64,000 bases of DNA from Chloroflexota bacterium (GTDB taxonomy: Bacteria; Chloroflexota; Anaerolineae; B4-G1; SLSP01), in contig JAIOAS010000002.1 in the NCBI GenBank assembly GCA_019873725.1, positions 1,012-65,011 of the forward strand, given 5' to 3'. Shown here piece by piece: positions 36,013-45,241 of this stretch. Made by a program: the position numbers and the translations under genes. Below the pieces are notes generated by a model. The model did no database searches. It was given only the letters and a program-made list of their open reading frames with translations, and was not told the DNA's origin. The stretch's first letter is position 1. The number at the start of each line of letters is the position of its first letter.

Positions 36013-38856
36013 CTAAAATCCGTATTTCATCCGGCGCAATTCAAAGGCGAAAGCGCCGCCTTCCAGAATAGATTTGACCTGTTCGCACACCTCAGGGGTA
36101 TCCACAAAGCCGCTAGATAAAACGCGCGCATGTAAGTCTTTGTCCTCTTGTACGACATCCAAGGCAATGATCAGTTCAGCATCGCCGGCAACAGGAATGT
36201 TGGGATTGTGGGTTGTAAAGAGCATTTGACGTTTACCTCGTTCCGCGCGCAGGGTCTCGACAATCTCCTGATAAATAAAACGATTGTCCAAATCATCTTC
36301 GGGCTGATCAATAATCAACGGCTCATTCGACTCAAGCAGCAAAATGGATAGAATAGCCGTACAGCCTTGCCCAACGGATACGCCTTCCCCCAAACGCCGG
36401 CCCAAAGCGCGCCAGATTCCGGGAGTGCGGTCCCCTTCATCTAAGGCGATGTTCATCTCGATTGTGACGCGATCCGGCGGTTGCATTTCATCAAGTTCCA
36501 GGCGCGTTTTAAGGTCCAGGCGTTCACGTAACTTTTCGAGCCTGTCGCCGTCCAGGTTACAATACTGTCTGAGTTGGGTCAAAGCATCAGGGATGAACAA
36601 ACTGGCCTGGGGCTGCGGCAACCATTCGGCGTAAAGCGATTCTCCTGTATTTTCTCCTTCAGCAGCCTCGATCAATGCTAACAAGGGTAGTAAATGAGGG
36701 GATTGAGTTTGCACCAGAGCGTCATAATCGGTAGCGCGCAACCGCGTACCCCGCAAGTAACGCTCCCATACTTCACGTAGCCAGTCTGCATCACGGCCCT
36801 GTTCGACGGTGATCCGAATGCGCTGTAAACGGTTGGTGATACTTGCGGCCTTTTCCTGCCTTAACTCATATTGCTGTTTACTGTTCTCTACCAGTCGCCG
36901 CAGATATGCGCGACGTTGCGCAAATAGCTGCTGTAATTCGCGTCTGGATTTTTCAACTTCGCGTTCTAAACGTTCCAATTCTGCACGTTCGCGTTCAAGG
37001 CGTAATACACCATCCGGCGATAAATCCGGCAACGCGCTTAACGCCTCACGATAGCGCGTCTCAAACATGTCGCGCGCCTGCACCCAAGTCCCCTGCGCCT
37101 GCTCAATCTCGGTCTGCGCTTCCTTTAACCTTTCTTCAACTATTTGCCACGTAGCCTCCACATCTCGCGCCAGGCGTTGTATACGTTCGCCTAACCACTT
37201 CAACTGCGCTGCATTGGGTAGAGTCTGGAGAGTATCATCAGGCAATAAGGTTTCTGGCGGCGCTATACGACGTCGTGTTTCTTCGAGCACTTTGCCGGAT
37301 TGTCTCAGATGCAGCAAGGCGTCATCCCACCCCTGCATTTCACGGTCATAGAGACGTTTGGTTGCCGACAATTCCTGGATGCCCAATTGATGGTATTGGC
37401 GCAATTGTTCTTCAATCCGCGCTTTGCTTTTGAGACGCTCCTTCGTCTGTTTGATGCGTTCATACTCAGCGATAATCGCTTCACGATTACGGCGCAATTC
37501 GATCAACTGTGTATTATGCTCGCGCTTCAGTTGTTCTAAACTTTCCCCGACAAACCGATCCAACAACTCCAATTGTGAACTGACGTTCTCAGAAGTATAC
37601 AGGATTTCTTTCTGCCCGTAGAGTTGTGGCCGGAACACATCTACCGGACGCAAGTCTGTAGATAACCAATGCCCATTCGATTCACACCGTTCCACCTGCG
37701 TAGGGTTGCGTCCTTGTCGTACCAGACGATAGCGCGTGCGATCCTTGACGATCTCCAATTCGGCGCGCCCTGTTTCCGGCAAAAACACATCGGCAAATCC
37801 TCGAAGGTCTACTTCTTTGGTCCGTAAGGGTTCGATCTCCCATAAATAACGCAATAATTCCACCAGGGCTGATTTTCCGGTCCCACGTGCGCCAATGAGA
37901 CAATTCAGACGCGGGTTGAATTGCAGATTGATTTCACGCAGGAACCCGGTCGTATTGAATCCGTTTTGCTTAACCAAACGCAAGGCTGTTAGATAGCATC
38001 CTGGCTCTGGCGGCGGATTATCTCTTAGTCGTAGACGAGCCTGGGGGTCATGTAATGCATTTTTAAGCGCGGAGAAGTTGGGACATTCACATTTCACATG
38101 GGTAAACCATGTACCAATTTCTTCAAGCTGGTGAGCATCGGAGGCATTTAGACATGCAATTGGCCGTTCGCGTCGAAAATCAGCGTCGTTATGTTGATTG
38201 GTGACGACAAGCCGTTGCCATTCACTCAGTTCCGCAATGGTACTTTTGTGGATTTGTACGCCCAGGAGTTTGGGGTGACAAAAATCGCGTTTACGCTTAA
38301 GACCCTTGTTCGATTTTGAATCCAACAAACTGTCTTCAGAACTAAAAACATGCGCGGCAATCGCTATGCCATCGCGGTTTGCAATTGCCTGTACAACGTC
38401 GGTGAAACTGCGCGGCGTTGGAATACAAAATCCCGCATCTGTAAAGCGCTCCTTGAGGTCAAGATCATCATCCAAAAAGCGTTCGAGAATCTCAACCTTT
38501 GTATCTTCTGAGAAAATTGCCAAAATATGGATAGCGCCAAGGCCCCCTGAGGCGCTGACTTCTATTCCTGGCAACACAACGAAAGTTTCTCCATAGAGTT
38601 CCTTTGCCGCCTGTCTTAAAGGATCAATCCAGCTCGCGTCGTTGTGATTGGTAATCGCAATTGCGTCCAGTCCGGCTATTTCATGCGCTTGGCGGACATA
38701 ACGACGGGCAAAGGCAAGTTTCTCCTCCGGAGTCGCTGGTATCGCCTCGCCGTTCGGCATGGTGAAATGTTGCCCCACGCCGGGCGCATGTAGATGTATG
38801 TCAAACTTTTTGTAAGTTGCTCCCAAGCTCATCAACCGCTCCTTTGATCTAAACAC
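36013..38856 (-). CDS. PHP-domain phosphoesterase fused to SMC/Rad50-like coiled-coil ATPase
   Basis: PHP: KKFDIHLHAPG...AIAITNHND...GIEVSA. Walker A LIGARGTGKSALVELL, ~400 aa of coiled-coil-like sequence. C-terminal LIIDQPEDDLDNRFIYQEIVETL...LFTTHNPNIP (Walker B/D-loop/H-loop). Confidence 0.7.
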   Translation of the reverse strand: MFRSKERLMSLGATYKKFDIHLHAPGVGQHFTMPNGEAIPATPEEKLAFARRYVRQAHEIAGLDAIAITNHNDASWIDPLRQAAKELYGETFVVLPGIEVSASGGLGAIHILAIFSEDTKVEILERFLDDDLDLKERFTDAGFCIPTPRSFTDVVQAIANRDGIAIAAHVFSSEDSLLDSKSNKGLKRKRDFCHPKLLGVQIHKSTIAELSEWQRLVVTNQHNDADFRRERPIACLNASDAHQLEEIGTWFTHVKCECPNFSALKNALHDPQARLRLRDNPPPEPGCYLTALRLVKQNGFNTTGFLREINLQFNPRLNCLIGARGTGKSALVELLRYLWEIEPLRTKEVDLRGFADVFLPETGRAELEIVKDRTRYRLVRQGRNPTQVERCESNGHWLSTDLRPVDVFRPQLYGQKEILYTSENVSSQLELLDRFVGESLEQLKREHNTQLIELRRNREAIIAEYERIKQTKERLKSKARIEEQLRQYHQLGIQELSATKRLYDREMQGWDDALLHLRQSGKVLEETRRRIAPPETLLPDDTLQTLPNAAQLKWLGERIQRLARDVEATWQIVEERLKEAQTEIEQAQGTWVQARDMFETRYREALSALPDLSPDGVLRLERERAELERLEREVEKSRRELQQLFAQRRAYLRRLVENSKQQYELRQEKAASITNRLQRIRITVEQGRDADWLREVWERYLRGTRLRATDYDALVQTQSPHLLPLLALIEAAEGENTGESLYAEWLPQPQASLFIPDALTQLRQYCNLDGDRLEKLRERLDLKTRLELDEMQPPDRVTIEMNIALDEGDRTPGIWRALGRRLGEGVSVGQGCTAILSILLLESNEPLIIDQPEDDLDNRFIYQEIVETLRAERGKRQMLFTTHNPNIPVAGDAELIIALDVVQEDKDLHARVLSSGFVDTPEVCEQVKSILEGGAFAFELRRMKYGF

Positions 38857-38920
38857 TGAACGCTCTCATCCCTATTCTACAACAACTTCCTCAGAAGCCG
38901 CACACAAGTCGCCCTCTGTC

Positions 38921-38990
38921 CATTCCAGTATCGAGCTTCCAGCATCCAGCCTCAAGCTTCCAGCTTCCAGCATCCAGCCTCAAGCCCCAA
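38921..38990. repeat. GCTGGAA/GCTGGAT tandem repeats forming the methyltransferase C-terminal tail
   Basis: cagtatcgagcttccagcatccagcctcaagcttccagcttccagcatccagcctcaagc. Confidence 0.5.
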
Positions 38991-41900
38991 CTTCCCCTGC
39001 ACCATCTCCACCCGCTCCTCTTCCTCCGCCGGGACCTCCAACGCCTCGAAGAACGCCGCGCGGATGCCGTCCAGCGCCGCCGCCTCCGGGCGGACGAACT
39101 TGCCCTTGACCTTGCCGCGCGGCACGGCATTGATGAACGCTTGCAGCGCCGCCTTGAACGCGCCATCCGCGCCCAAACCGCTCTTCTTGAGGAACGCCTC
39201 GCAGGCCGCCGCGCCATCCTCCGCGTAGACGAGCATCACGGTATGGACGGCGTCCAGCCAGGTGTCGTAGTGTTTGGCTTCGGGGTCCACTTTGCCACGC
39301 GCGCGGCGCTGTTTGGGTTGGAGCATGGTGACGTCGCTGCCGCTCTTGCTGATGACGCGCTGCGCCACCAGATCGCGCTCCACGTCCAGCCCCAGCGCCA
39401 GGGCGAGCTTGCGTGCTTCGTCCGCCGGGAAGGTCTCCGCCTGGAACGCATCCCACGCCATCAACGCCCAATCGGTGACGGGATCGAACTGCACGTCGCG
39501 CCCCAGGAGCAGGCCGCGCTTGCGTAAGGCAATGACTTCTTCGCGGGCCAGATCGAGCGCGGTTTCCGGGCGCAAGGCTCTGGGCTGCCCGGTGCGTTCG
39601 TCCACCTCGCGGGTGAGGACGGGCCAGCGTTCGGAAATGACGGCGAGCACGGGGCCAAAGGTGCTCAGGTAAAGATCGACGCCGCTGATGCCCTGCGCGT
39701 TGAACTCCGCCGCCTTCTCGCGGGCCACAGCGCGCACGCGCGGCGCGAGATCGTCCCACCAGACGGGTTGCTCGAAGCTGGAAGCTGGATACTCGATACT
39801 GGAAGCTGGTTGCTGGATGCTGACGGCTGATAGCTGACGGCTGACGGCTGACGGCTCGCTGCGTTTCCGGCACACCAGCAGTATCGTGCTCTGCGCGGCG
39901 TTTTTCTTGGCCTGGTGGAGGGAGTGCTCGCTTTCGGTGTGGACGGGCCACGAGGCGGTAATGGTGAACCCGGCGTTGATGAGCGCCATCGCCAGGGTGT
40001 CCCACGCTTCGACCTGTTTGTGGGTGAACATCACGGTGAGGACGCCGTCGTCGCGGAGGACGCGCGCCATCTCGCGGAAGGACGCGCCCATTTTGCGCTC
40101 GTAGTCCTGCGCGGCCATCTCCCGTTTGTTGCCGCCCAGATCGGTAAAGCGGGCAGGATTGGCAACGGCTTCGGCGTCCTTGTCGGTGAGTTGGGCAGCG
40201 AACCACTCCGGGTAGAGGTGGCCCACGGTGCGCTTGAGCCACACGTAGAAAAAGTCCGCGAGTTCTGCGTACATCACGTTGTCGTAGTAGGGCGGGTCGG
40301 TGACGATGACATCCACCGAACCATCCGCCAGCGCGGCGAGGCGGGCGGCGTTGCCTTGAAGCTGCGTAAGCGGGCCGCGTGCCATTGCCGCCGTTCCCAA
40401 CTTCGCCGGCGCGAAGGCAAGCAAATCGGCCATATCTTTGTAGGCATCGGCAACTTGACTGATGGCCCACGGCATCAAGTTGGCCGAAGCGTCGAATTCA
40501 CCGTGACTCCAGACAAAAGCGTAATCGTGGCGGTCGAAATTGCTGCGCAGCCCTCGGCTTGGGTCGAAACGGCACAGCCGGTTGTTATAGATCACCATCT
40601 TGTCCATCATCAGACCGAGATAAGCTTCGATGGCAGGAGCGCGTTCTTCGCCCAAGACTTTATAGATTTCAGGGCGTAGTTCTGACAAAGTTTCGATGGC
40701 TGTCCCCATCGCTAACAGTTGTCGCGGTGAGAAGAAGTCCGACCAGATCGGCATCCCGTACAATGCCGGCCGCATATCATTGCCCTGTGGGAACGCCTCC
40801 GTCGGAATCAAATCCCGTGCTTCCCACAGCGGACGTCTGCGAGCCAGTTCCGCCTCCGCCGCCGCGACGGCGTCCAGGTCGGCCTCGGTGGGCGCGCGGA
40901 AGTCGAAGCCGCCACGCCGTTTGAGCGCCACCGAGTAGAGCATCTGCCCCATGCGCCCGGCCTGCGCCTCGGCTTTGATGTAGTCGCCGTCAATGGCGTC
41001 GCCGGTCCACGGGGAGCGGCCTGTGCCCCGGCTCACCGTGCCTTCGTCGGGGTCGTACTGTAAGGGTGAGGCATCCCCACCCACACCGTCGTTCACTACC
41101 TCCCATGCGTCTTCCGTGGTGTCTTGACGATTACGTTGATTGCCGGGATGCCTCGCCCGTACGATCTCGAAGCGCGGCGCATCCCAGGCCGGGTCGGTCA
41201 GCACGCGGACGGCTATGGGCGGGGATTTGCTCAGCCACCAGTTAGGGCTGAGTGGGACGGGCTTTCCCGTCACCGGGCAGGCGACGGTCCGCGCCCAGAG
41301 GTAGGCGAAGATGTTCTCGCCTTTACCCTTGGGGAAATACGGTGCGAGTTTCTCCTGTACCCGTTTGGCCCACACATTCCCCCACTTTTTGATGTCCGCC
41401 GCCAGTTCCGGGCCGAACGTCGCAGGGTAGTCGAGTGTGGCCTTGAGGATGACGCACGCCACAGGGTTGAGTTCGTTGGCAATGGTCGCCAGCCCGTAGC
41501 GCCGCGCCTCAAAAGGAATCGAACCGCCGCCAGCAAAGGGATCGAGGACGACGACGTCTTTCAAAGACCTGACAGGTCTCGGAAGACCTGTCAGGTCTAG
41601 CAGTTTCTCGAAAAGCGCCAGGTCGTCGGCTTCAGGGTTGACGGTGAAGGCGCGGGCATAACCATAGGGATTCGCACCCAGGTCTTCGCCGGTTACACGG
41701 GCATTGAGCAGTATCTGGCGCATCTTTGCCGGATCCCCCTTGATGCCGAGGAACCGCAGGAACCAGGCGCGATAGGCGGCCTCGTCGTCGAAAGGATTCG
41801 TAGCACAGGCTTCCAGCCTGTCCCACGCCGGCAACAACGAAGCCACAATCGCCGCGCGGGAGATCGTCAACGGGCGGCGCGCCCACCAGACATGGAGACG

Positions 41901-42008
41901 GTTGAGCGGAGGCTTCTGCGCCGCGCTCGCATCGCGCAGGCTCTCCGCGCCGATGGCGTCGAAGGGGAGCCAGGATTCGATGAGGGATTGGGGGTGGTCA
42001 GATGACAT
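38952..42008 (-). CDS. DUF1156-family N6-adenine DNA methyltransferase
   Basis: N-terminus ESWLPFDAIGAESLRD...LHVWWARRPL (DUF1156), LDPFAGGGSIPFEARRYG (SAM-binding motif I), DPPY-like VIVTDPPYYDNVMY. An internal S/Q/A-rich linker and the C-terminal tail are encoded by repeat elements. Confidence 0.7.
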   Translation of the reverse strand: MSSDHPQSLIESWLPFDAIGAESLRDASAAQKPPLNRLHVWWARRPLTISRAAIVASLLPAWDRLEACATNPFDDEAAYRAWFLRFLGIKGDPAKMRQILLNARVTGEDLGANPYGYARAFTVNPEADDLALFEKLLDLTGLPRPVRSLKDVVVLDPFAGGGSIPFEARRYGLATIANELNPVACVILKATLDYPATFGPELAADIKKWGNVWAKRVQEKLAPYFPKGKGENIFAYLWARTVACPVTGKPVPLSPNWWLSKSPPIAVRVLTDPAWDAPRFEIVRARHPGNQRNRQDTTEDAWEVVNDGVGGDASPLQYDPDEGTVSRGTGRSPWTGDAIDGDYIKAEAQAGRMGQMLYSVALKRRGGFDFRAPTEADLDAVAAAEAELARRRPLWEARDLIPTEAFPQGNDMRPALYGMPIWSDFFSPRQLLAMGTAIETLSELRPEIYKVLGEERAPAIEAYLGLMMDKMVIYNNRLCRFDPSRGLRSNFDRHDYAFVWSHGEFDASANLMPWAISQVADAYKDMADLLAFAPAKLGTAAMARGPLTQLQGNAARLAALADGSVDVIVTDPPYYDNVMYAELADFFYVWLKRTVGHLYPEWFAAQLTDKDAEAVANPARFTDLGGNKREMAAQDYERKMGASFREMARVLRDDGVLTVMFTHKQVEAWDTLAMALINAGFTITASWPVHTESEHSLHQAKKNAAQSTILLVCRKRSEPSAVSRQLSAVSIQQPASSIEYPASSFEQPVWWDDLAPRVRAVAREKAAEFNAQGISGVDLYLSTFGPVLAVISERWPVLTREVDERTGQPRALRPETALDLAREEVIALRKRGLLLGRDVQFDPVTDWALMAWDAFQAETFPADEARKLALALGLDVERDLVAQRVISKSGSDVTMLQPKQRRARGKVDPEAKHYDTWLDAVHTVMLVYAEDGAAACEAFLKKSGLGADGAFKAALQAFINAVPRGKVKGKFVRPEAAALDGIRAAFFEALEVPAEEEERVEMVQGKLGLEAGCWKLEA
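39772..39856. repeat. heptamer repeats (CTGGAAG + GCTGACG types) inside the DUF1156 MTase coding sequence
   Basis: gaagctggaagctggatactcgatactggaagctggttgctggatgctgacggctgatagctgacggctgacggctgacggc. Confidence 0.6.
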
Positions 42009-42069
42009 AAAAGAATCTCCCTACAGTGTAGTATCATGCATAATGTATGATGTTATGCTAAAAACGTTA

Positions 42070-42852
42070 TCACTTGGTTCGCGTCATTTCAATGAGCAGG
42101 AACTTACCTGACTGTAAATACGCCTTCCTGTATTCAAGCTCACCGTTTCGGCGCTGGAAAACTATGATAAGTTCGTTATCACTTAACCAAGTATAATCCA
42201 AGACCTGGTAAGCTATGTCGGTAACACGCAGAACCTGTTGCCCATCAGTGCGAGCAGCAAAAAGCTCAACCACTTCGCTTTTCACGGATTGAGCGGGAAA
42301 CACGACCCATGCGCCGTCAGGCGAAAAGGCTGGTGCCAATGTCGTCAGTATCACAAAGTCGGTGTGCAGACCGGTTGTACCAGAGTGAAATGTTGGCATC
42401 GTAAGCGTACGGGATATAAGGTCTAGAGTATACAAGTTCACTACAGAGTCGCTCTGACCATAAAAAGCAATTCGTTCGGTTTCCTTATGGTAGACTGGCT
42501 GAATTTCCTCGACTGTTGGACTTCGTGTGAGATAATCACATGAATATGTCGCCGTTACTGTTTCACAAATGTACAGATCGTTATCTTCTATCATCACAAA
42601 TCGAGAAGGCACCGTCTGGCTGTAAGGTAGCGTCAATAAACGAGAGGAGGCATCTGGCAAAACCACATCGCTTACAGGATTCTTAGATAATATAGGGCGA
42701 TATAAAATGGCACTAACAATGCACAAAGTCAGTATCAACAAAATTCCAAGTAAGGGCAAATTAATACGGATATACCACCATAGTTTATCAAATACCCCCG
42801 GTTTAGGATCATAGGTCGGGGAGCCTGCAGCCGATTCAAACTCTTCAGACAT
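42070..42852 (-). CDS. membrane-anchored partial beta-propeller (PD40/TolB-like) protein
   Basis: N-terminal TM (INLPLLGILLILTLCIVSAIL). SPDGAWVVF and DGQQVLRVTD PD40-like strands. The locus is markedly AT-richer than its flanks. Confidence 0.4.
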   Translation of the reverse strand: MSEEFESAAGSPTYDPKPGVFDKLWWYIRINLPLLGILLILTLCIVSAILYRPILSKNPVSDVVLPDASSRLLTLPYSQTVPSRFVMIEDNDLYICETVTATYSCDYLTRSPTVEEIQPVYHKETERIAFYGQSDSVVNLYTLDLISRTLTMPTFHSGTTGLHTDFVILTTLAPAFSPDGAWVVFPAQSVKSEVVELFAARTDGQQVLRVTDIAYQVLDYTWLSDNELIIVFQRRNGELEYRKAYLQSGKFLLIEMTRTK

Positions 42853-42857
42853 AACAC

Positions 42858-43178
42858 TTAACCAATCAGATGGTGCCTAATCTTGTTTCGTAGTCCTTTA
42901 TGATGCTCTAGTACGCCAGTAAACTCTGGCTGGGTCTGAGCATCCTGATTGACCAATATCCGGTTGGCTTGGCGCCATGCTTTCCAGGCTTCAGAATAGT
43001 CACCTTTGTTTAGAGCATTATCGACCTCTATATGTAACTTAATGACCTGCCCTCTAGCATTATCAGATACTTCGGTGCCATCACCACTTAAACCAGGAAG
43101 AGACCTGATATTGGAGAAAGTCACCAGTCTGCCAAATCCCAGAACGCTGCCTATCCAAACAATGATATCTCTGATCAT
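42858..43178 (-). CDS. hypothetical small protein
   Basis: 106-aa ORF in the AT-rich insert, coupled spacing to neighbours. No recognisable domain. Confidence 0.3.
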   Translation of the reverse strand: MIRDIIVWIGSVLGFGRLVTFSNIRSLPGLSGDGTEVSDNARGQVIKLHIEVDNALNKGDYSEAWKAWRQANRILVNQDAQTQPEFTGVLEHHKGLRNKIRHHLIG

Positions 43179-43196
43179 TTTCTTGCCCTTCTTCCA

Positions 43197-44210
43197 CTAG
43201 CTTTGTGCCTGTTTTCGCGAAAGTGCATCATAATCAAAAATCTCTATTGCTGCGTTGGGGTCCTGATCGCGGAAAAAGCGACTAACATACTTCCATCGTT
43301 CGCGCTCATCTTCATCATCGATGAAATACCTCAATCCCAGGTGCTCGCGTAATTCGTCTTTATGAAGCGTAAACGCAACCTTAACTGTATGTCCCCAGGC
43401 TAATGCCCCCTGAATTGCAAAAACGTAGAAAATATAAGCCACAAAACACGTAATGATGGCCTGCAATATTACCGAGTACCAGAAGTCAAAACTTTGAAGA
43501 ACAGGAGCAAATAGAAAGTCAGTGTAGAGTAACTCACCACCAAATATTAGCGTGATAATGCTCATGTTTAGCAGGAAATCCAAGAGCGATTTTTCGGCAG
43601 CAACGGAAGTCGCATAACCGCTTTTCTGTAAAAATGGTACAAGATAAGGCCACAAAGCCACAGAATCAATACCGTAAAGCACAGAAGGATATTGTTCGGC
43701 GCAAGCAATGACATTGCCTAGCCGTGTCGGCAAAATACGACGGAGCTCATGTTGAGGATAAATGTAATTGAGTTCCTCTTTGCAAACGTTTCTTTGCACC
43801 TCGGCCTTTGAGCGCTCCGGTGAACCTGCAGGGGACTTCTCAGCCAATTCCCGCCATTTTCCATACTCCCTTTTAAGGTAAAAGACTCGCCGTTCGTTAG
43901 AATCGCGCAACCATTGCCCAATCCCTGTCCACAGCCACGGATAGCCTTCAAAAAGGCGGATAATACTGATATTCAGAACGTTCAAGGCATATGCAACCAC
44001 AAGGATAGCAAAACCAGCGATCATACCTGAGGATAAATCAAGGTTCAATGCCTGCAAATGCTCAAATAATCTTGTACCCTGGAAACGTGGCCAAACAAAC
44101 GCGATATTAAGTCCAACCAAAATCACCGAAGGCAGCAGCATATCAAAGCGCAATACCTGTAGAAACAAAGCTACTAAATCTGATAGTGTTTTTACGAGAA
44201 CAGTCATGCT
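43197..44210 (-). CDS. polytopic membrane protein, unknown function
   Basis: Start MTVLVKTLSDL. At least 5 predicted hydrophobic helices and a charged C-terminal domain. AT-rich. Confidence 0.4.
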   Translation of the reverse strand, partial: SMTVLVKTLSDLVALFLQVLRFDMLLPSVILVGLNIAFVWPRFQGTRLFEHLQALNLDLSSGMIAGFAILVVAYALNVLNISIIRLFEGYPWLWTGIGQWLRDSNERRVFYLKREYGKWRELAEKSPAGSPERSKAEVQRNVCKEELNYIYPQHELRRILPTRLGNVIACAEQYPSVLYGIDSVALWPYLVPFLQKSGYATSVAAEKSLLDFLLNMSIITLIFGGELLYTDFLFAPVLQSFDFWYSVILQAIITCFVAYIFYVFAIQGALAWGHTVKVAFTLHKDELREHLGLRYFIDDEDERERWKYVSRFFRDQDPNAAIEIFDYDALSRKQAQS

Positions 44211-44221
44211 TTGCTCCTTAC

Positions 44222-45241
44222 TTATTCCTCCGCCAGCAGTACCCGTAACGCCTTCTGCGCACGAATGGCATCCGGCCCGGCGGTGCATTTGCTGAACCAG
44301 TAATAGGCTTCCTCACCGCTCATCGCCTGGATGCCCTGCCCAATCGCCTCGATGCGATCCTGGCGCGTCAGCGGCTTCACCGCCAGCAAGATCAGCGCCA
44401 GGCGCAGCCCCGTCGGTTCGTCAAGGTAGAAAGGCTTGTCGCTGCCCACAGCGCGGGCCAGGTCGGTGGCCTTGTAGCCATTGGCGCGCAGCGCCGCGAG
44501 CAGGTGCTCGGTCGTCGCGTGGAGCGTCTGCGCATCCACGTCCACGCTCCACAACGCCTGTGCGGCGGGCTTTGTGGCCTGCTCGTAAGCGAATTTGGCA
44601 GTCTGCCGCCCATTGAGCCACTGGTATAACGCCGCGCGGTAGCCCCCGGCAGGATCAGGCAACGTGTAGAGCACAAAAGGCCGGGCCGGGTCGGGTTGGA
44701 AGCTGGGTGCTGGTTGCTGGATACTGGTTGCTGGTTGCTGGATGCTGGATGCTGGATGCTCGATGCTGGATGCTGGATGCTCGATGCTGGATGCTGGTTG
44801 CTGAGGGCTGACCGCTGACTGCTGATAGCTAATAGCTGACGGCTGACGGCTGATAGCTGATGGCTGATCGCTGACATCGAAGAGACGGCGGCGGCCGGCG
44901 GTATGCAGCGGTGCGGGCAGGCGTTGCGGAGCGGCGAAGAACCAGCCAAAGCACGGCGCGCCGGGAAAGGGTTGGTCCAGGCGGTGCTGGGCTTGCAAGG
45001 CTGCGTAAGATTCGGCGTCCAGCGCGCGGATCTCGACCAGTTCCACCGTCCCGAGGAGTGCGCCGTAGGCCAGCGCATCGGGATCGAAGCCCAGGGCGCG
45101 GCAGCGTGCGTCCCGGCGCGTGGCGGCGGCGTGCACTGCCAACGGGCCGCGATAGGCCGTCTGCCAGGTGCGGATGTCCACCGTCTTTTCACCGCGGACG
45201 ATCTGCTCCGCGCGCGGCTGGTGGAAGCTCAAAGCTTTCAC
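44222..45241 (-). CDS. ASCH-domain protein fused via repeat-encoded linker to DUF3780-like C-terminal domain
   Basis: ASCH: MKALSFHQPRAEQIVRGEKTVDIRTWQTAYRGPLAVHAA...GTVELVEI. Linker SDQPSAISRQPSAISYQQSAVSPQQPASSIEHPASSIEHPASSIQQPATSIQQP encoded by heptamer repeats. The C-terminal ~170 aa sit in the position expected for DUF3780 in DUF1156/DUF499 cassettes. Confidence 0.5.
   Translation of the reverse strand: MKALSFHQPRAEQIVRGEKTVDIRTWQTAYRGPLAVHAAATRRDARCRALGFDPDALAYGALLGTVELVEIRALDAESYAALQAQHRLDQPFPGAPCFGWFFAAPQRLPAPLHTAGRRRLFDVSDQPSAISRQPSAISYQQSAVSPQQPASSIEHPASSIEHPASSIQQPATSIQQPAPSFQPDPARPFVLYTLPDPAGGYRAALYQWLNGRQTAKFAYEQATKPAAQALWSVDVDAQTLHATTEHLLAALRANGYKATDLARAVGSDKPFYLDEPTGLRLALILLAVKPLTRQDRIEAIGQGIQAMSGEEAYYWFSKCTAGPDAIRAQKALRVLLAEE
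44698..44876. repeat. heptamer repeats (CTGGATG/CTCGATG + GCTGACG types) inside the ASCH-DUF3780 coding sequence
   Basis: ggatgctggatgctggatgctcgatgctggatgctggatgctcgatgctggatgctggttgctgagggctgaccgctgactgctgatagctaatagctgacggctgacggctgatagctgatggctgatcgctgac. Confidence 0.65.

Noticed and set aside
29863-42008. Calling the PLD-SNF2 + MTase cluster a DISARM or BREX system
   Set aside because: No DUF1998 (DrmB), no DrmA-type helicase, no PglZ/BrxC/BrxL. The MTase is DUF1156-type. The architecture does not match either system.
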